A stretch of DNA of 64,000 bases from Nitrospirota bacterium (GTDB taxonomy: Bacteria > Nitrospirota > UBA9217), in the NCBI GenBank assembly GCA_963751455.1, contig CAVVUN010000008.1:160001-224000 (forward strand), written 5' to 3'. Under the pieces are notes generated by a model that did no database searches, was not told the origin of the DNA, and worked only from the letters and a program-made list of their open reading frames with translations. Below are positions 29,150 to 39,089 of the stretch, in pieces. A program made the position numbers and the translations under genes. The first letter of the stretch is position 1. Each line of letters begins with the position of its first letter.

Positions 29150-29181
29150 TTGACAACCGTTATTCCCTCAGATATATTACG
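29150..29181 (+). promoter_or_regulatory. Promoter with ModE-type operator
   Basis: TTGACA at 29150; CGTTAT-TCCCTCAG-ATATATTACG resembles the ModE box CGTTATAT..TATATAACG. Confidence 0.65.
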
Positions 29182-29185
29182 GTCC

Positions 29186-29560
29186 ATGCCAAAGAAAAAA
29201 GATGACCGCAAAAAATCCCTAAACCCGAAACCGGTATTGCGCGGCAGGGTCTGGATCGACGGGCCTGAGGGCACCTTTTTCGGTCACGGAAGGGCGGTCT
29301 TGCTGGAACGTATCCGAGAATATGGTTCCATAACGAAAGCGGCGAAATCCATGCAGATGGCCTACCGTCACGCGTGGGACCTTGTCGACTCGATGAACCG
29401 GCAGGCTAAGGAGCCCTTTGTGGAACTGGCCACCGGAGGCAAGGGCGGCGGCGGGGCGCGGGTGACGGAAGCAGGAGAACGGGCGATTAAGATGTTCTGG
29501 CGGTTTCATGAGGATCTGCAGACATTCTTGAAACGGGAAGAAAAGAAACTCAAAATGTAG
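29186..29560 (+). CDS. modE: ModE-family wHTH regulator (no TOBE domains)
   Basis: FFG.GR..LLERI...GSITKAAKSM.MAYR.AW.L..MN, GG.GGGGA.VT. Confidence 0.88.
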   Translation: MPKKKDDRKKSLNPKPVLRGRVWIDGPEGTFFGHGRAVLLERIREYGSITKAAKSMQMAYRHAWDLVDSMNRQAKEPFVELATGGKGGGGARVTEAGERAIKMFWRFHEDLQTFLKREEKKLKM

Positions 29561-29704
29561 AGGCGTGTACGATCATCATTGCCAGGCAATATTATGAGTC
29601 AAAGATTTCTCACGGAGTTTATCCTGAGTTGCAAAAGAAAGATTTCTCACTTTGTTCGAAATGACAAAAATGCGTGATTAAATTCATTATAAGAGGAGTA
29701 AGTC

Positions 29705-30544
29705 ATGTTCAGAACTTTTCTAATCGCAGCTCTCGCTATCAGTGCAGCCTTTTTTGCATTAATGCTTATACTCCCTCCGTTCACTGCGGCCTCGGAGACA
29801 AGGATTCGCTGCGCCTCGACGACCAGCACGCAGAACTCGGGCCTGTTTGACTACCTGCTGCCGCTCTTCACGAAAAAGACGGGAATCAATGTCGACGTGG
29901 TAGCAGTAGGCACCGGCGCGGCCATCGAGATCGGCAAACGCGGAGACGCGGACGTCGTTTTTGTACATGCAAAAGAGCAGGAACTGAAAGCGGTTGAAGA
30001 GGGGGTTTTCGTGAACCGGCACGATGTGATGTATAATGATTTCGTGGTTATCGGCCCGTCCATTGACCCGGCGAAGATCAGGGGCATAAAGTCAGCAACA
30101 AATGCCTTCAAGAAGATCTCGGAGTCAGGATCGTCCTTTGTCTCCCGCGGGGATAAGTCCGGCACGCATACGAAAGAGCTTTCGCTCTGGAAAAAGACCG
30201 GCATAGATCCAACAGGGCAGAAGTGGTATCTCGAGGTGGGCCAGGGAATGGAAAAGACCCAGCGTGTTGCCGACGAAAAGCGGGCTTACACACTTTCGGA
30301 CCGTGGCACCTGGCTTGCCACGAAAAACAAGGACAAACTGGACATGGTCATTGTTCTCGAAGGTGACCCGTCTCTCTTCAATCAGTACGGTGTTATGCTC
30401 GTGAACCCGGAAAAGCACAAGCACGTGAAAAACAGGGAAGGCCTGCAATTCATAAACTGGATCATCTCAAAAGAAGGCCAGGACGCCATTGCGGGTTTCA
30501 GGGACAAAAACGGCAACGCGTTGTTCATACCGAACGCGAAATAG
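29705..30544 (+). CDS. tupA: Tungstate ABC transporter substrate-binding protein
   Basis: ASTTSTQNSGL, AVGTG.A, VHA, YNDF, SRGDKSGTH, DRGT. Confidence 0.92.
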   Translation: MFRTFLIAALAISAAFFALMLILPPFTAASETRIRCASTTSTQNSGLFDYLLPLFTKKTGINVDVVAVGTGAAIEIGKRGDADVVFVHAKEQELKAVEEGVFVNRHDVMYNDFVVIGPSIDPAKIRGIKSATNAFKKISESGSSFVSRGDKSGTHTKELSLWKKTGIDPTGQKWYLEVGQGMEKTQRVADEKRAYTLSDRGTWLATKNKDKLDMVIVLEGDPSLFNQYGVMLVNPEKHKHVKNREGLQFINWIISKEGQDAIAGFRDKNGNALFIPNAK

Positions 30545-30657
30545 TTAAAGACACACGGGTGAACTCAGATAAGCTAAGGCTTTTTTAAATTACTACCTGT
30601 ACTTATCTGTGTGTTTCGACGAAGTCGAAACCCGTGGTTAAATAAAGCTACTTATAT

Positions 30658-31359
30658 ATGGATTCCATTACTCACGGTTTTCTAAGGGCCTTTGAACTGA
30701 TCCTCCACCTCAATCCTGAGCTTGTCGGCATTATCGTGCTTTCGCTCAAGGTGTCCGGCCTTGCGCTTGTGTTGGCGACGCTTGTGGGACTTCCTCTCGG
30801 GTCTTTCCTCGGTCTGAAAAGGTTCCCCGGCCGCGGTTTTGTGGTAAGCGCCGTAAACACGTTCATGGGTCTTCCGCCGGTAGTGGTCGGACTCTTCGTA
30901 TATCTCCTGCTGTCCCGCCGAGGTCCCCTGGGTGTGCTCGGCCTCCTCTACACGCCCACGGCAATGATCATTGCCCAGACAATCCTTGCCGCGCCGATCG
31001 TAATCGCCCTATGCCGGTCTGCTATTGTAAGTGTCGATCCTATCATCGGCCGGGCGGCACGGACTTTGGGCGCGACACCCGTGCAGGCGACTATTGCAAT
31101 AATAAAGGAGGCCAGGTACGGAATCCTGTCTGCTATTATTGCCGCCTTCGGCAGGGTCATGGCCGAAGTCGGTTCAATCCTGATTGTCGGAGGCAACATC
31201 GCGGGATACACCCGTGTCATGACCACGACCATCGCGCTTGAGACAGACAAGGGCAATTTCGAGCTGGCTCTTGCGCTCGGGATCATTCTGCTGATCATCT
31301 CGTTTATTATCAACGGCGCCCTGCATTTCGTCCAGAAAAAGGGATTGGTGCCTTCATGA
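30658..31359 (+). CDS. tupB: Tungstate ABC transporter permease
   Basis: MGLPPVVVGL..LLSR.GPLG, FGR..AEVG, GGNI.G.TR.MTT.I.LE. Confidence 0.92.
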   Translation: MDSITHGFLRAFELILHLNPELVGIIVLSLKVSGLALVLATLVGLPLGSFLGLKRFPGRGFVVSAVNTFMGLPPVVVGLFVYLLLSRRGPLGVLGLLYTPTAMIIAQTILAAPIVIALCRSAIVSVDPIIGRAARTLGATPVQATIAIIKEARYGILSAIIAAFGRVMAEVGSILIVGGNIAGYTRVMTTTIALETDKGNFELALALGIILLIISFIINGALHFVQKKGLVPS

Positions 31360-32012
31360 AGCTTACCCTTTCGCGCATAGCAAAGAGATATGAAGACCGG
31401 ATCATCCTGAGAGATTGCTCCTACTCGTTCGACAGGAACGGTACCTATGTCCTCACCGGCCCCAACGGGTGCGGAAAATCAACCCTGCTCAGGATCTGCG
31501 CCCTGATCGAAGACCCCGATGAGGGAGAAATCGGTTTTTTCTCGGAATCGGAGATGCTGAAAAAAGACATAGACCTCAAACGTCGAATGACCCTGGTTTT
31601 GCCCCGCGTCGGCGTATTCAATACGTCTGTGTTTAACAACGTCGCCTACGGACTTGCTATCCGGGGAATAACGAAGACGGTCATCAGGGAGAAAGTCGGA
31701 CAGATGCTGGACTTCGTCGGCCTGGAGAATAAAAAGGACCAGCGTGCCCTCACGCTTTCGAGCGGCGAGACTCAGCGGCTTGGTATTGCGCGTGCGCTCG
31801 CTGTTGATCCCAAGTTCCTTTTTCTCGATGAGCCCACTGCCTCCATTGATGTCGAAAATACCGAGATCGTCGAATCGATCATCGCCGCTATGAAAAAAGA
31901 AGGCCGCACCACGGTCATCATGACTACCCACGATCGCTCTCAGGCGGAACGCCTTGCAGACCGCCTGCTGATCATCAGGCAAGGAGCGATTGAAGAGCTT
32001 TCAGCCCCGTGA
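31356..32012 (+). CDS. tupC: Tungstate ABC transporter ATPase
   Basis: GPNGCGKST, LSSGE, FLDEPT; operon position. Confidence 0.88.
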   Translation: MKLTLSRIAKRYEDRIILRDCSYSFDRNGTYVLTGPNGCGKSTLLRICALIEDPDEGEIGFFSESEMLKKDIDLKRRMTLVLPRVGVFNTSVFNNVAYGLAIRGITKTVIREKVGQMLDFVGLENKKDQRALTLSSGETQRLGIARALAVDPKFLFLDEPTASIDVENTEIVESIIAAMKKEGRTTVIMTTHDRSQAERLADRLLIIRQGAIEELSAP

Positions 32013-32068
32013 CCTGAGTGCTTTTCCATATTGCGGTTTTTACACGGATTGTGTAAGATTCCGTAATC

Positions 32069-33004
32069 ATGCTGCTTTACATCTTCAAAAGAATCCTTCT
32101 CTTCATCCCCACCCTGCTCGGCATCACCCTCATTACGTTTGTCCTGATGCAGGCTTTGCCCGGCGACCCTGTTGCGGGAATGGCAGGCGAACGTGCGAAC
32201 CCCGAAACGCTGGCCCGCATTCGCGCCGAGCTCGGCCAGGACAAGCCATTGGCTATGCAGTACATCGGCTATTTGAAATTGCTTTCAAAGGGCGAGCTTG
32301 GCCGCTCCAATTACACGAACAGGCAGATCGCGGATGATCTGCTCCAGAAATTCCCGAACACGGTCAGGCTTGCTCTTGCGGCCATGCTGTTCGCTTCTAT
32401 TCTCGGCATCGGGCTGGGTATATTCGCCGCGGTCAAGCGCGACACCGTATGGGACCGCGCGGCTACGCTCATCTCCGTGGGCGGCATTTCGGTCCCCGTT
32501 TTCTGGCTGGGGCTCGCGCTCATGCTCCTGTTCGCCTTCTACCTCAGGTGGCTCCCGCCTTCGGGCATGGGCAACGGCAGTCTCTGGTACATTATCCTTC
32601 CCACTATGACGCTCGGCACATATTCACTTTCGTACATAGCGCGCGTGACCCGGTCATCCATGCTCGAGTCCCTGTCACAGCCGTATGTCGCGGCTGCCCG
32701 CGCAAAAGGGCTGTCTGAAGCCAATGTCGTACTGAAACATGCACTCAAGAATTCTCTCATTCCGATCGTCACGATCATCGGCCTGGACCTCGGTTCCTAT
32801 TTAAACGGAGCGGTGTTGACCGAGACAATATTCGGCTGGGACGGTGTGGGCCGTTACGCTCTCGACGGCATCATGAAACGAGACTATCCCGTGATCATGG
32901 GCGTCGTACTGTTCGGCGCGGTCGTCTTCGTCTCCATAAACCTGATCGTCGACATTTCGTACCATTTTCTCGATCCGCGGGTGAGAATAAAAGCGGACCA
33001 TTAA
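32069..33004 (+). CDS. Peptide/nickel ABC permease (DppB/OppB-like)
   Basis: LPGDP, ARAKGL EAA loop, HALKN, ETIFGW.G. Confidence 0.9.
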   Translation: MLLYIFKRILLFIPTLLGITLITFVLMQALPGDPVAGMAGERANPETLARIRAELGQDKPLAMQYIGYLKLLSKGELGRSNYTNRQIADDLLQKFPNTVRLALAAMLFASILGIGLGIFAAVKRDTVWDRAATLISVGGISVPVFWLGLALMLLFAFYLRWLPPSGMGNGSLWYIILPTMTLGTYSLSYIARVTRSSMLESLSQPYVAAARAKGLSEANVVLKHALKNSLIPIVTIIGLDLGSYLNGAVLTETIFGWDGVGRYALDGIMKRDYPVIMGVVLFGAVVFVSINLIVDISYHFLDPRVRIKADH

Positions 33005-33016
33005 GGTTATATTTCG

Positions 33017-33853
33017 ATGGTTTCTACGATAACATTAAGGGATGTGACCGCGCATACGCCGGCTCTAGTTGCGTCGATCCTGCTCGTCCTGCTCGTCCTG
33101 ACGGCTGTGTTCGGACCCTTTCTTGTTCCGTATGATCCGCTTGCCCTGGACCTCGACAGCCTGAAGCAGCCGCCCTCCGCGGACCATATATTCGGGACCG
33201 ACAGCAAAGGCCGCGACATATTCTCGCGTGTGATTGCCGGTTCACGCATATCGCTTACGGTTGGAATCATTGCCGCGTTCCTTTCCATGTTCATAGGCAT
33301 ATTCTTCGGCCTGATAGCGGGATATTTCGGAGGCAAAACAGACGCGGCCCTTAGCCAGTTCTTCGATATTTTTCTCGCGTTCCCGAGTCTGCTCCTGGCG
33401 ATCGGGATCAGCGCGGTGATGTCGCCCGGCCTGACTTCGGCCATGCTCGCGATCACGCTGGTCGGATGGGCTGGTTTCGCGCGGCTCGTGCGCGGGATCA
33501 CTCTTTCACTCAAGGAGCAGACCTACGTGGAGGCGTCGCGGGCACTCGGGGCAACATCCGGCCGGATTCTTTATAAACACATCCTGCCGAATGCGCTCCC
33601 CCTTCTGCTCGTCGCCGGCAGCCTGCGCGTGGGCGGATTCATCCTGCTCGAGGCCGCGCTGTCCTTTCTGGGTCTCGGCGTCCAGCCGCCCACACCAACG
33701 TGGGGCTCGATGATCAGCCTCAACCGGGCGTACATCAACTCCGCACCCTGGATGGTGATCTTTCCCGGCCTTGCCATCAGCATTACGGTTATAAGCTTCA
33801 ATATCCTTGGCGATTTCCTTCGCGACAAGCTCGACCCCCGCATGCAGGTCTAA
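33017..33853 (+). CDS. Peptide/nickel ABC permease (DppC/OppC-like)
   Basis: H.FGTD..GRD, YVEASRALGA, LSFLGLG.QPP.P.WG. Confidence 0.9.
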   Translation: MVSTITLRDVTAHTPALVASILLVLLVLTAVFGPFLVPYDPLALDLDSLKQPPSADHIFGTDSKGRDIFSRVIAGSRISLTVGIIAAFLSMFIGIFFGLIAGYFGGKTDAALSQFFDIFLAFPSLLLAIGISAVMSPGLTSAMLAITLVGWAGFARLVRGITLSLKEQTYVEASRALGATSGRILYKHILPNALPLLLVAGSLRVGGFILLEAALSFLGLGVQPPTPTWGSMISLNRAYINSAPWMVIFPGLAISITVISFNILGDFLRDKLDPRMQV

Positions 33854-33928
33854 ACAGCTCCGGACTTTTCGGTGCTGACAGTTTTTATCCGTGGACATCC
33901 GTGTAAATCCATGGCAAGATATCAGTAC

Positions 33929-34720
33929 ATGAACCCCGATATCCGCGCAAAAAAATCTCTCGGTCAGAATTTTCTCAAAGACGAGAGCTATCTCCGAAGA
34001 ATTGCCGACGCCGCGCGCGTGGGACCGGAGGACCAGGTACTGGAGATAGGGCCGGGTCTCGGGCATCTTACGCGCGTTCTGTCGCTTCGGGCAAAAAAAG
34101 TAGTCTGTATCGAAATCGACGACCGGCTGATCCCCGTACTTCTGGACGAGTTCAGCGGCCAGAGGCATGTGGAAATTCTGCATGCCGATGCGCTTGAGTA
34201 TGCATACGACTCGCTCGTCGGAACATGGAAGGTGGTGGCAAACCTTCCCTATTATATTTCCACGCCCATCATTCAGAAGCTTATCCTCAGCCGTCAGAAA
34301 TTCACGAGTTTTACGCTCATGCTCCAGAAGGAGGTCGCGGAGCGGATAGCAGCATCGCCGGGAGGCAAGGAATACGGTTATCTCTCTGTGCTCGTGCAAT
34401 TGTTCACGATACCCAGGATCGAATTCAAAGTGCCTGCGGGCGCCTTCACACCGATACCGGAGGTTGACTCCGTCGTTATTACTCTCACGGTACGAGACCG
34501 TCCCGCAGTCGATCTCCGGGACGAGGGCTTTTTTACGCGTGTTGTGAAAGCTGCTTTTTCCCAGCGAAGAAAGACTCTGCGGAACTCTTTGAGGCAGTTG
34601 GACCTCGCCCCCGGCAGGATGGATCAAGTTCAGGAAATAACCGGGATCGATCCCGGGCGGCGGGCGGAGACTTTATCCATAGATGAATTTGGACGGCTGG
34701 CGGATTTTTTGCTGCAATAG
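33929..34720 (+). CDS. rsmA: 16S rRNA m6,2A dimethyltransferase KsgA
   Basis: KKSLGQNFL, EIGPGLG, NLPYYIS, QKEVAERI, F.QRRKTL, RAETL. Confidence 0.96.
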   Translation: MNPDIRAKKSLGQNFLKDESYLRRIADAARVGPEDQVLEIGPGLGHLTRVLSLRAKKVVCIEIDDRLIPVLLDEFSGQRHVEILHADALEYAYDSLVGTWKVVANLPYYISTPIIQKLILSRQKFTSFTLMLQKEVAERIAASPGGKEYGYLSVLVQLFTIPRIEFKVPAGAFTPIPEVDSVVITLTVRDRPAVDLRDEGFFTRVVKAAFSQRRKTLRNSLRQLDLAPGRMDQVQEITGIDPGRRAETLSIDEFGRLADFLLQ

Positions 34721-34773
34721 CGGCAGGATTATGATATCTTTTTTTGTTCATAGAATTTATGCCGGTAAATATT

Positions 34774-34906
34774 GATGAAATCGTAAGAAGTCAAGATTTG
34801 CCACAGAGCGCACAGAGAGCACAGAGGTAAGTCTTTAAAAGACTAAAATTTTTTCTCTGAGTCCTCGGTGATCTCTGTGGCTAAAAAGACTTTTTACGAA
34901 TCTATC
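34774..34906. mobile_element. MITE family A copy with CACAGAG core
   Basis: GATGAAATCGTAAGAAGTC / GACTTTTTACGAATCTATC ends. Confidence 0.8.
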
Positions 34907-34933
34907 AACTTTGACACACTTTCCCTTTTTGCC

Positions 34934-34961
34934 TTGACATTTGAACTTCATGCCATATAAT
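34934..34961 (+). promoter_or_regulatory. Sigma70 promoter of gmhA
   Basis: TTGACA-N16-TATAAT. Confidence 0.7.
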
Positions 34962-34983
34962 AAACATCGTTCCGGAGCCGGGG

Positions 34984-35562
34984 ATGAAAGACAGCATAAC
35001 AAAAATATTTGAAGAGAGCGCGCAGATCAAGGTCAGATTCGCAAAGGAAAACGCAGACAAGATCGTCGAGGTCGTTCAACTGATCGCGCAGGCGTTCCGG
35101 GACGGCAGGAAAGTAATTCTCTTCGGCAACGGCGGAAGCGCAACAGACGCCTCTCACATCGCGGGAGAATTCGTGAACCGCTTCCTGATGGAGCGCCCGC
35201 CGCTTCCCGCGATCGCGTTGAACACTGATGTTGCGGTGCTGACCAGCATCAGCAACGACTACGACTATTCCCAGATTTTCTCGAAGCAGCTTGCCGCACT
35301 GGGACACGAGGGGGACGTCGTAATCGGCATCAGCACAAGCGGCAATTCGGCGAATGTGGTGAAAGCCGTCGAAGTGGCCAAAAAGAACGGCATGAAAACC
35401 GTGGTCCTGACGGGTGGGACGGGCGGAAAACTTGCCGCTATGGCAGACTACAGTTTCATAGTTCCAACAAAGCATACTCCGCGAATCCAGGAGACCCACA
35501 TTACGCTCGGGCATACCATCTGCCAGATGGTGGACGAGGAACTCTTCGGCAATGCTCACTGA
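34984..35562 (+). CDS. gmhA: Phosphoheptose isomerase
   Basis: GNGGSA.DA.H..E, ISNDY, ISTSGNS, RIQE.H. Confidence 0.96.
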   Translation: MKDSITKIFEESAQIKVRFAKENADKIVEVVQLIAQAFRDGRKVILFGNGGSATDASHIAGEFVNRFLMERPPLPAIALNTDVAVLTSISNDYDYSQIFSKQLAALGHEGDVVIGISTSGNSANVVKAVEVAKKNGMKTVVLTGGTGGKLAAMADYSFIVPTKHTPRIQETHITLGHTICQMVDEELFGNAH

Positions 35563-35578
35563 CGTTCATTTTTAACCA

Positions 35579-36514
35579 ATGAAAAAGATCGACACCTCGA
35601 AAATAAAGACGTATTCGCTCAAGAGCCGTCAAAGCAAGGTGAGAATAGACGATTTTGCGAAGCCGCACTCCAAGGGCGGAAAATTCAACGACTTCTTCAG
35701 TTCCCTTCCGGACATTCTCGCAGCAAAAAATTTGAAGGAAACAACCGCAGCAATAGTCCAGGCGAGAAAAGACGGATGCCCTGTCATGCTCGGCATGGGC
35801 GCACACTCGATCAAGGTGGGATTAAACCCCGTCGTCGTGGACCTCATGGAGCGCGGCATTCTCACCAGTCTCTCGTTGAACGGCGCAGGTATAATCCACG
35901 ACCTCGAACTGGCTCTCATCGGCAGGACATCGGAAGACGTGGACAAGGAAATCCTCTCTGGCGCTTTCGGAATGGCGGAAGAAACAGCAACTATTCTGAA
36001 TGGCGCCATTAAAGGCGCTGGAGATGCTGAAGGCATCGGAACCGCGGTCGGCCGGGTGATACAATCATCCGACTTTCCGTTCAAGAACATGAGTCTACTC
36101 GCCGCGGGGTTTCGCCTTGGTGTGCCGATCACGGTTCATATTGCGATAGGAACCGACATCATTCATATGCATCCTTCCTTCGACGGAAGGGCTACCGGTG
36201 CGGCCGCGCATCGGGATTTTCTCTCGTTCTGCGCTCTCGTATCCGAACTTGAGGGAGGAGTGTATATCAACCTCGGTTCCGCCGTGCTGTTACCGGAGAT
36301 TTTCCTTAAAGCAGTAACCCTCTGTAGAAACCTCGGCGCGCCATTGCGCCGCTTTACAACCGTCAATATGGATTTTGTCCAGCATTACCGACCGAATACA
36401 AATGTAGTCCGTCGCCCGACTCAGGAAGGCGGCAGAGGCTATGCAATCACGGGGCATCATGAAATCATGTTCCCGCTCCTCGCTGCAGCAATTATCGAAC
36501 AATTCCCGGCATAA
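35579..36514 (+). CDS. Conserved hypothetical protein (possibly deoxyhypusine-synthase-like fold)
   Basis: MGAH.IKVGL, NGAG.IHD, GTDIIHMH, GSAV.LPE.FLK, GHHEIM.P. Confidence 0.75.
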   Translation: MKKIDTSKIKTYSLKSRQSKVRIDDFAKPHSKGGKFNDFFSSLPDILAAKNLKETTAAIVQARKDGCPVMLGMGAHSIKVGLNPVVVDLMERGILTSLSLNGAGIIHDLELALIGRTSEDVDKEILSGAFGMAEETATILNGAIKGAGDAEGIGTAVGRVIQSSDFPFKNMSLLAAGFRLGVPITVHIAIGTDIIHMHPSFDGRATGAAAHRDFLSFCALVSELEGGVYINLGSAVLLPEIFLKAVTLCRNLGAPLRRFTTVNMDFVQHYRPNTNVVRRPTQEGGRGYAITGHHEIMFPLLAAAIIEQFPA

Positions 36515-36658
36515 CAGTTTAAGGCCCTCCTTCACAGCCTCCAACTTCAAAATCAGCTGCCAAAAAACTACCGTCGGAAAAGCAACGGAAGGCATGTATT
36601 TTGGTCCCCTTTACTGACTCGTTTCTTTTAAGCCATTCAATTTTATAGAAAAAATATT

Positions 36659-36673
36659 TGGCAAGTAAATTGC
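36659..36673 (+). promoter_or_regulatory. Sigma54 -24/-12 promoter
   Basis: TGGCAAGTAAATTGC (GG-N10-GC). Confidence 0.65.
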
Positions 36674-36951
36674 TTTTATAATACTAAAGCTTGGCTTTCA
36701 AAAATCCTATTTACACTTTCCCCCGACGCCTGTGCGTCAAGGGCAGCACTATTCCCGAGACGTGCAGGCGTCCCCCTCTTCCTGACACCAATTCTAAATT
36801 GCAATCCTGGTAATCGGTAACGCTCCTGTTCCGGCGCGCCGCTTTATGCTATCATCAAATAAATACATGGACAGTTGAGCCAAACTAGCGTTGTTACTAT
36901 TATCCGGTTTACTTTTCCTGTTTTTTCATGCACGGGCCGGAGGTTGCCGCA

Positions 36952-37401
36952 ATGGAGTCACTTAAGCTTACCAGTCCAGTTTTCAAAGAGAATCAGCCTA
37001 TACCTTCAAGATATACATGTGAGGGACTCGATATAAACCCCGCCCTCGGCATCGAGCAGGTGCCTTCTGAAGCTCAATCTCTTGCGCTAATCATGGATGA
37101 CCCGGATGCGCCGGGCGGGACGTGGGTGCATTGGGTTCTCTGGAACATAAACCCGACAACGAGCGAGCTCCGCGAAGGCTCTGTGCCGCCAGGCGCACGG
37201 CAGGGAATCAATGATTTCAAAAAAAACAAGTACGGAGGGCCATGCCCGCCCTCGGGAATTCATCGCTATTTTTTCAAACTATACGCGCTCGACACCAAAC
37301 TTGACCTACCCGAGAAAAAAGGCAAGGCAGCGCTGGAAGCCGCCATGAAAGGACATGTACTGGCGCACGCCGAGCTGGTGGCATTATACGGTAAGAAGTA
37401 G
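36952..37401 (+). CDS. YbhB/YbcL (PEBP family) protein
   Basis: DDPDAP.G.WVHW, G.NDF, YGGPCPP.G.HRY.F. Confidence 0.93.
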   Translation: MESLKLTSPVFKENQPIPSRYTCEGLDINPALGIEQVPSEAQSLALIMDDPDAPGGTWVHWVLWNINPTTSELREGSVPPGARQGINDFKKNKYGGPCPPSGIHRYFFKLYALDTKLDLPEKKGKAALEAAMKGHVLAHAELVALYGKK

Positions 37402-37474
37402 CCTCCCCGCATTTTCCGCACTAACTCACGAAATTTGGTATAATGACGTCTGTTCCCTGCATTGGTTGTTCGGG

Positions 37475-38650
37475 ATGCCCCTCGCTCATGCGCAATCCGG
37501 GAACAGGAGGATCACGAGCTTGCAGGATAAGAGCAGAAAACGGAAAATTGTATTTATCGAGGACCGCACTCATCACGAGGACCTCATCCGGGACGCTTTT
37601 GGCCGGCCGGGAGACGGCGACGTCATTGAATTCTTCAACTCGCCTGCAGCGGCCGCCGATATGCTGGGCCGCGAAGAAGTCGATGCCGTGTTTTTCAGAA
37701 GATCGTTATGCGGACTTGATCAAATCAAGTTTCTCAGGGCGGCCGGTAAGAACGAAATTAATATACCGTTGATTATGATTGACGAGCGCGAAGATCGTGA
37801 AACTGCGGTCGAGGCGTTCCGGGCCGGCGTGAGTGATGTTGTATCGGACGATACCCGGTCGATTGGCGCATATCCTGTTGTTGCCGAGTGCGCTCGTGCT
37901 CGCTCCACATCGAACCTCCCGGACATGCACCGTCTCAAGGACCTCCTTCAAAACGCACATAGGTTGTCCTGTATCGGCCTGCTTGTCTCCGATGTGGCAC
38001 ATGAGATCAACAACCCCCTTACCGGCACCATAGCTTACAGTGAACTGCTGGAGATGAAGGTTTCGGATGACAGCATCAAGCAGGACGTAGCGAAGATAGT
38101 GGGAAGCGCCGAGCGTTGTAAGACAATCATTGACAATCTTCTTACATTCACCGGCCGGCATGCAACCTCAAAGATCGTCGAATCGATCAACGACATTATC
38201 GACAGGGTTATCGATCTCCGAGGCTATTCGCTCAGATCAAAGGGCATCCGGGTCGAGAGGGATTATGATTCTGACTCCACCGTTTTTGCGGATTCTCCCA
38301 GGATGCACCAGTTGATTCTGAATATCCTGATAAACGCGCAGGAAGGCATCGAGGCATCGCCAGGGACGCACGGAGTAATAAGGGTAACAACGCGTCGTAT
38401 TCAGGAACAGGGGCTTGTAAGAATAAGCATTGCGGACAACGGGCAGGGTATTGCCCCGTACCTGATGTCGAGGATATTCGAACCATTTTCCACATCGAAG
38501 CCCGGCGCGATCGGACTAGGGCTTTCCATATGCCGCAGCATTGTTACCGACAATGGCGGCCTGATACGGGCCGAAAACAGGAACGAAGGGGGCGCTGTTT
38601 TTATCGTGGAGCTTCCGTCCGGGGCAGGCAAAACAGGGATTGCGCACTGA
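37475..38650 (+). CDS. Hybrid protein: degenerate receiver plus histidine kinase (start uncertain)
   Basis: AHEINNPL, NILINA, DNGQGI, GLGLSIC; REC-like N-terminus apparently lacking the phospho-Asp. Confidence 0.85.
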   Translation: MPLAHAQSGNRRITSLQDKSRKRKIVFIEDRTHHEDLIRDAFGRPGDGDVIEFFNSPAAAADMLGREEVDAVFFRRSLCGLDQIKFLRAAGKNEINIPLIMIDEREDRETAVEAFRAGVSDVVSDDTRSIGAYPVVAECARARSTSNLPDMHRLKDLLQNAHRLSCIGLLVSDVAHEINNPLTGTIAYSELLEMKVSDDSIKQDVAKIVGSAERCKTIIDNLLTFTGRHATSKIVESINDIIDRVIDLRGYSLRSKGIRVERDYDSDSTVFADSPRMHQLILNILINAQEGIEASPGTHGVIRVTTRRIQEQGLVRISIADNGQGIAPYLMSRIFEPFSTSKPGAIGLGLSICRSIVTDNGGLIRAENRNEGGAVFIVELPSGAGKTGIAH

Positions 38651-38778
38651 TGTCTGTCGTTGAGTTAAACACAAAAAAAGAATCGAAAAACTTTGTCTCA
38701 CGCGGAGGCGTACCCTGCACTCGCGTAAACGCGGGCATAAACAGAGTTCGCGGAGAAGGAATTAATGTATTTTTTCTG

Positions 38779-38946
38779 GTAACTACTCAGGTCATTTTTT
38801 TATCCGCAGATTACGCAGATTTCGCAGATAAAAACAAAACCAGAATTCCGGCTTTAGAATCTGCGTCAATCTGCGAAATCTGCGGATAGAAGGGCTTTTT
38901 CTCAGATTTGTCTTAATGCCGTTCTGAAAAGAAGCTGAATAGTTAC
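38779..38946. mobile_element. MITE family B copy 2 (inverted)
   Basis: GTAACTACTCAG / CTGAATAGTTAC ends; perfect 8-bp TSD TTTTTCTG. Confidence 0.88.
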
Positions 38947-39089
38947 TTTTTCTGTTTTAATCTTTCGAAGGCTTTTATAACAAAACCGACGTGCCGGTAT
39001 AAAAGAGAGGATGCTGTGGAAATTATTTTGGAGAGAGGACTACGGTTAAATGGGAGCGAGGCGAACATGACTACGGATTACTTTTAGGA

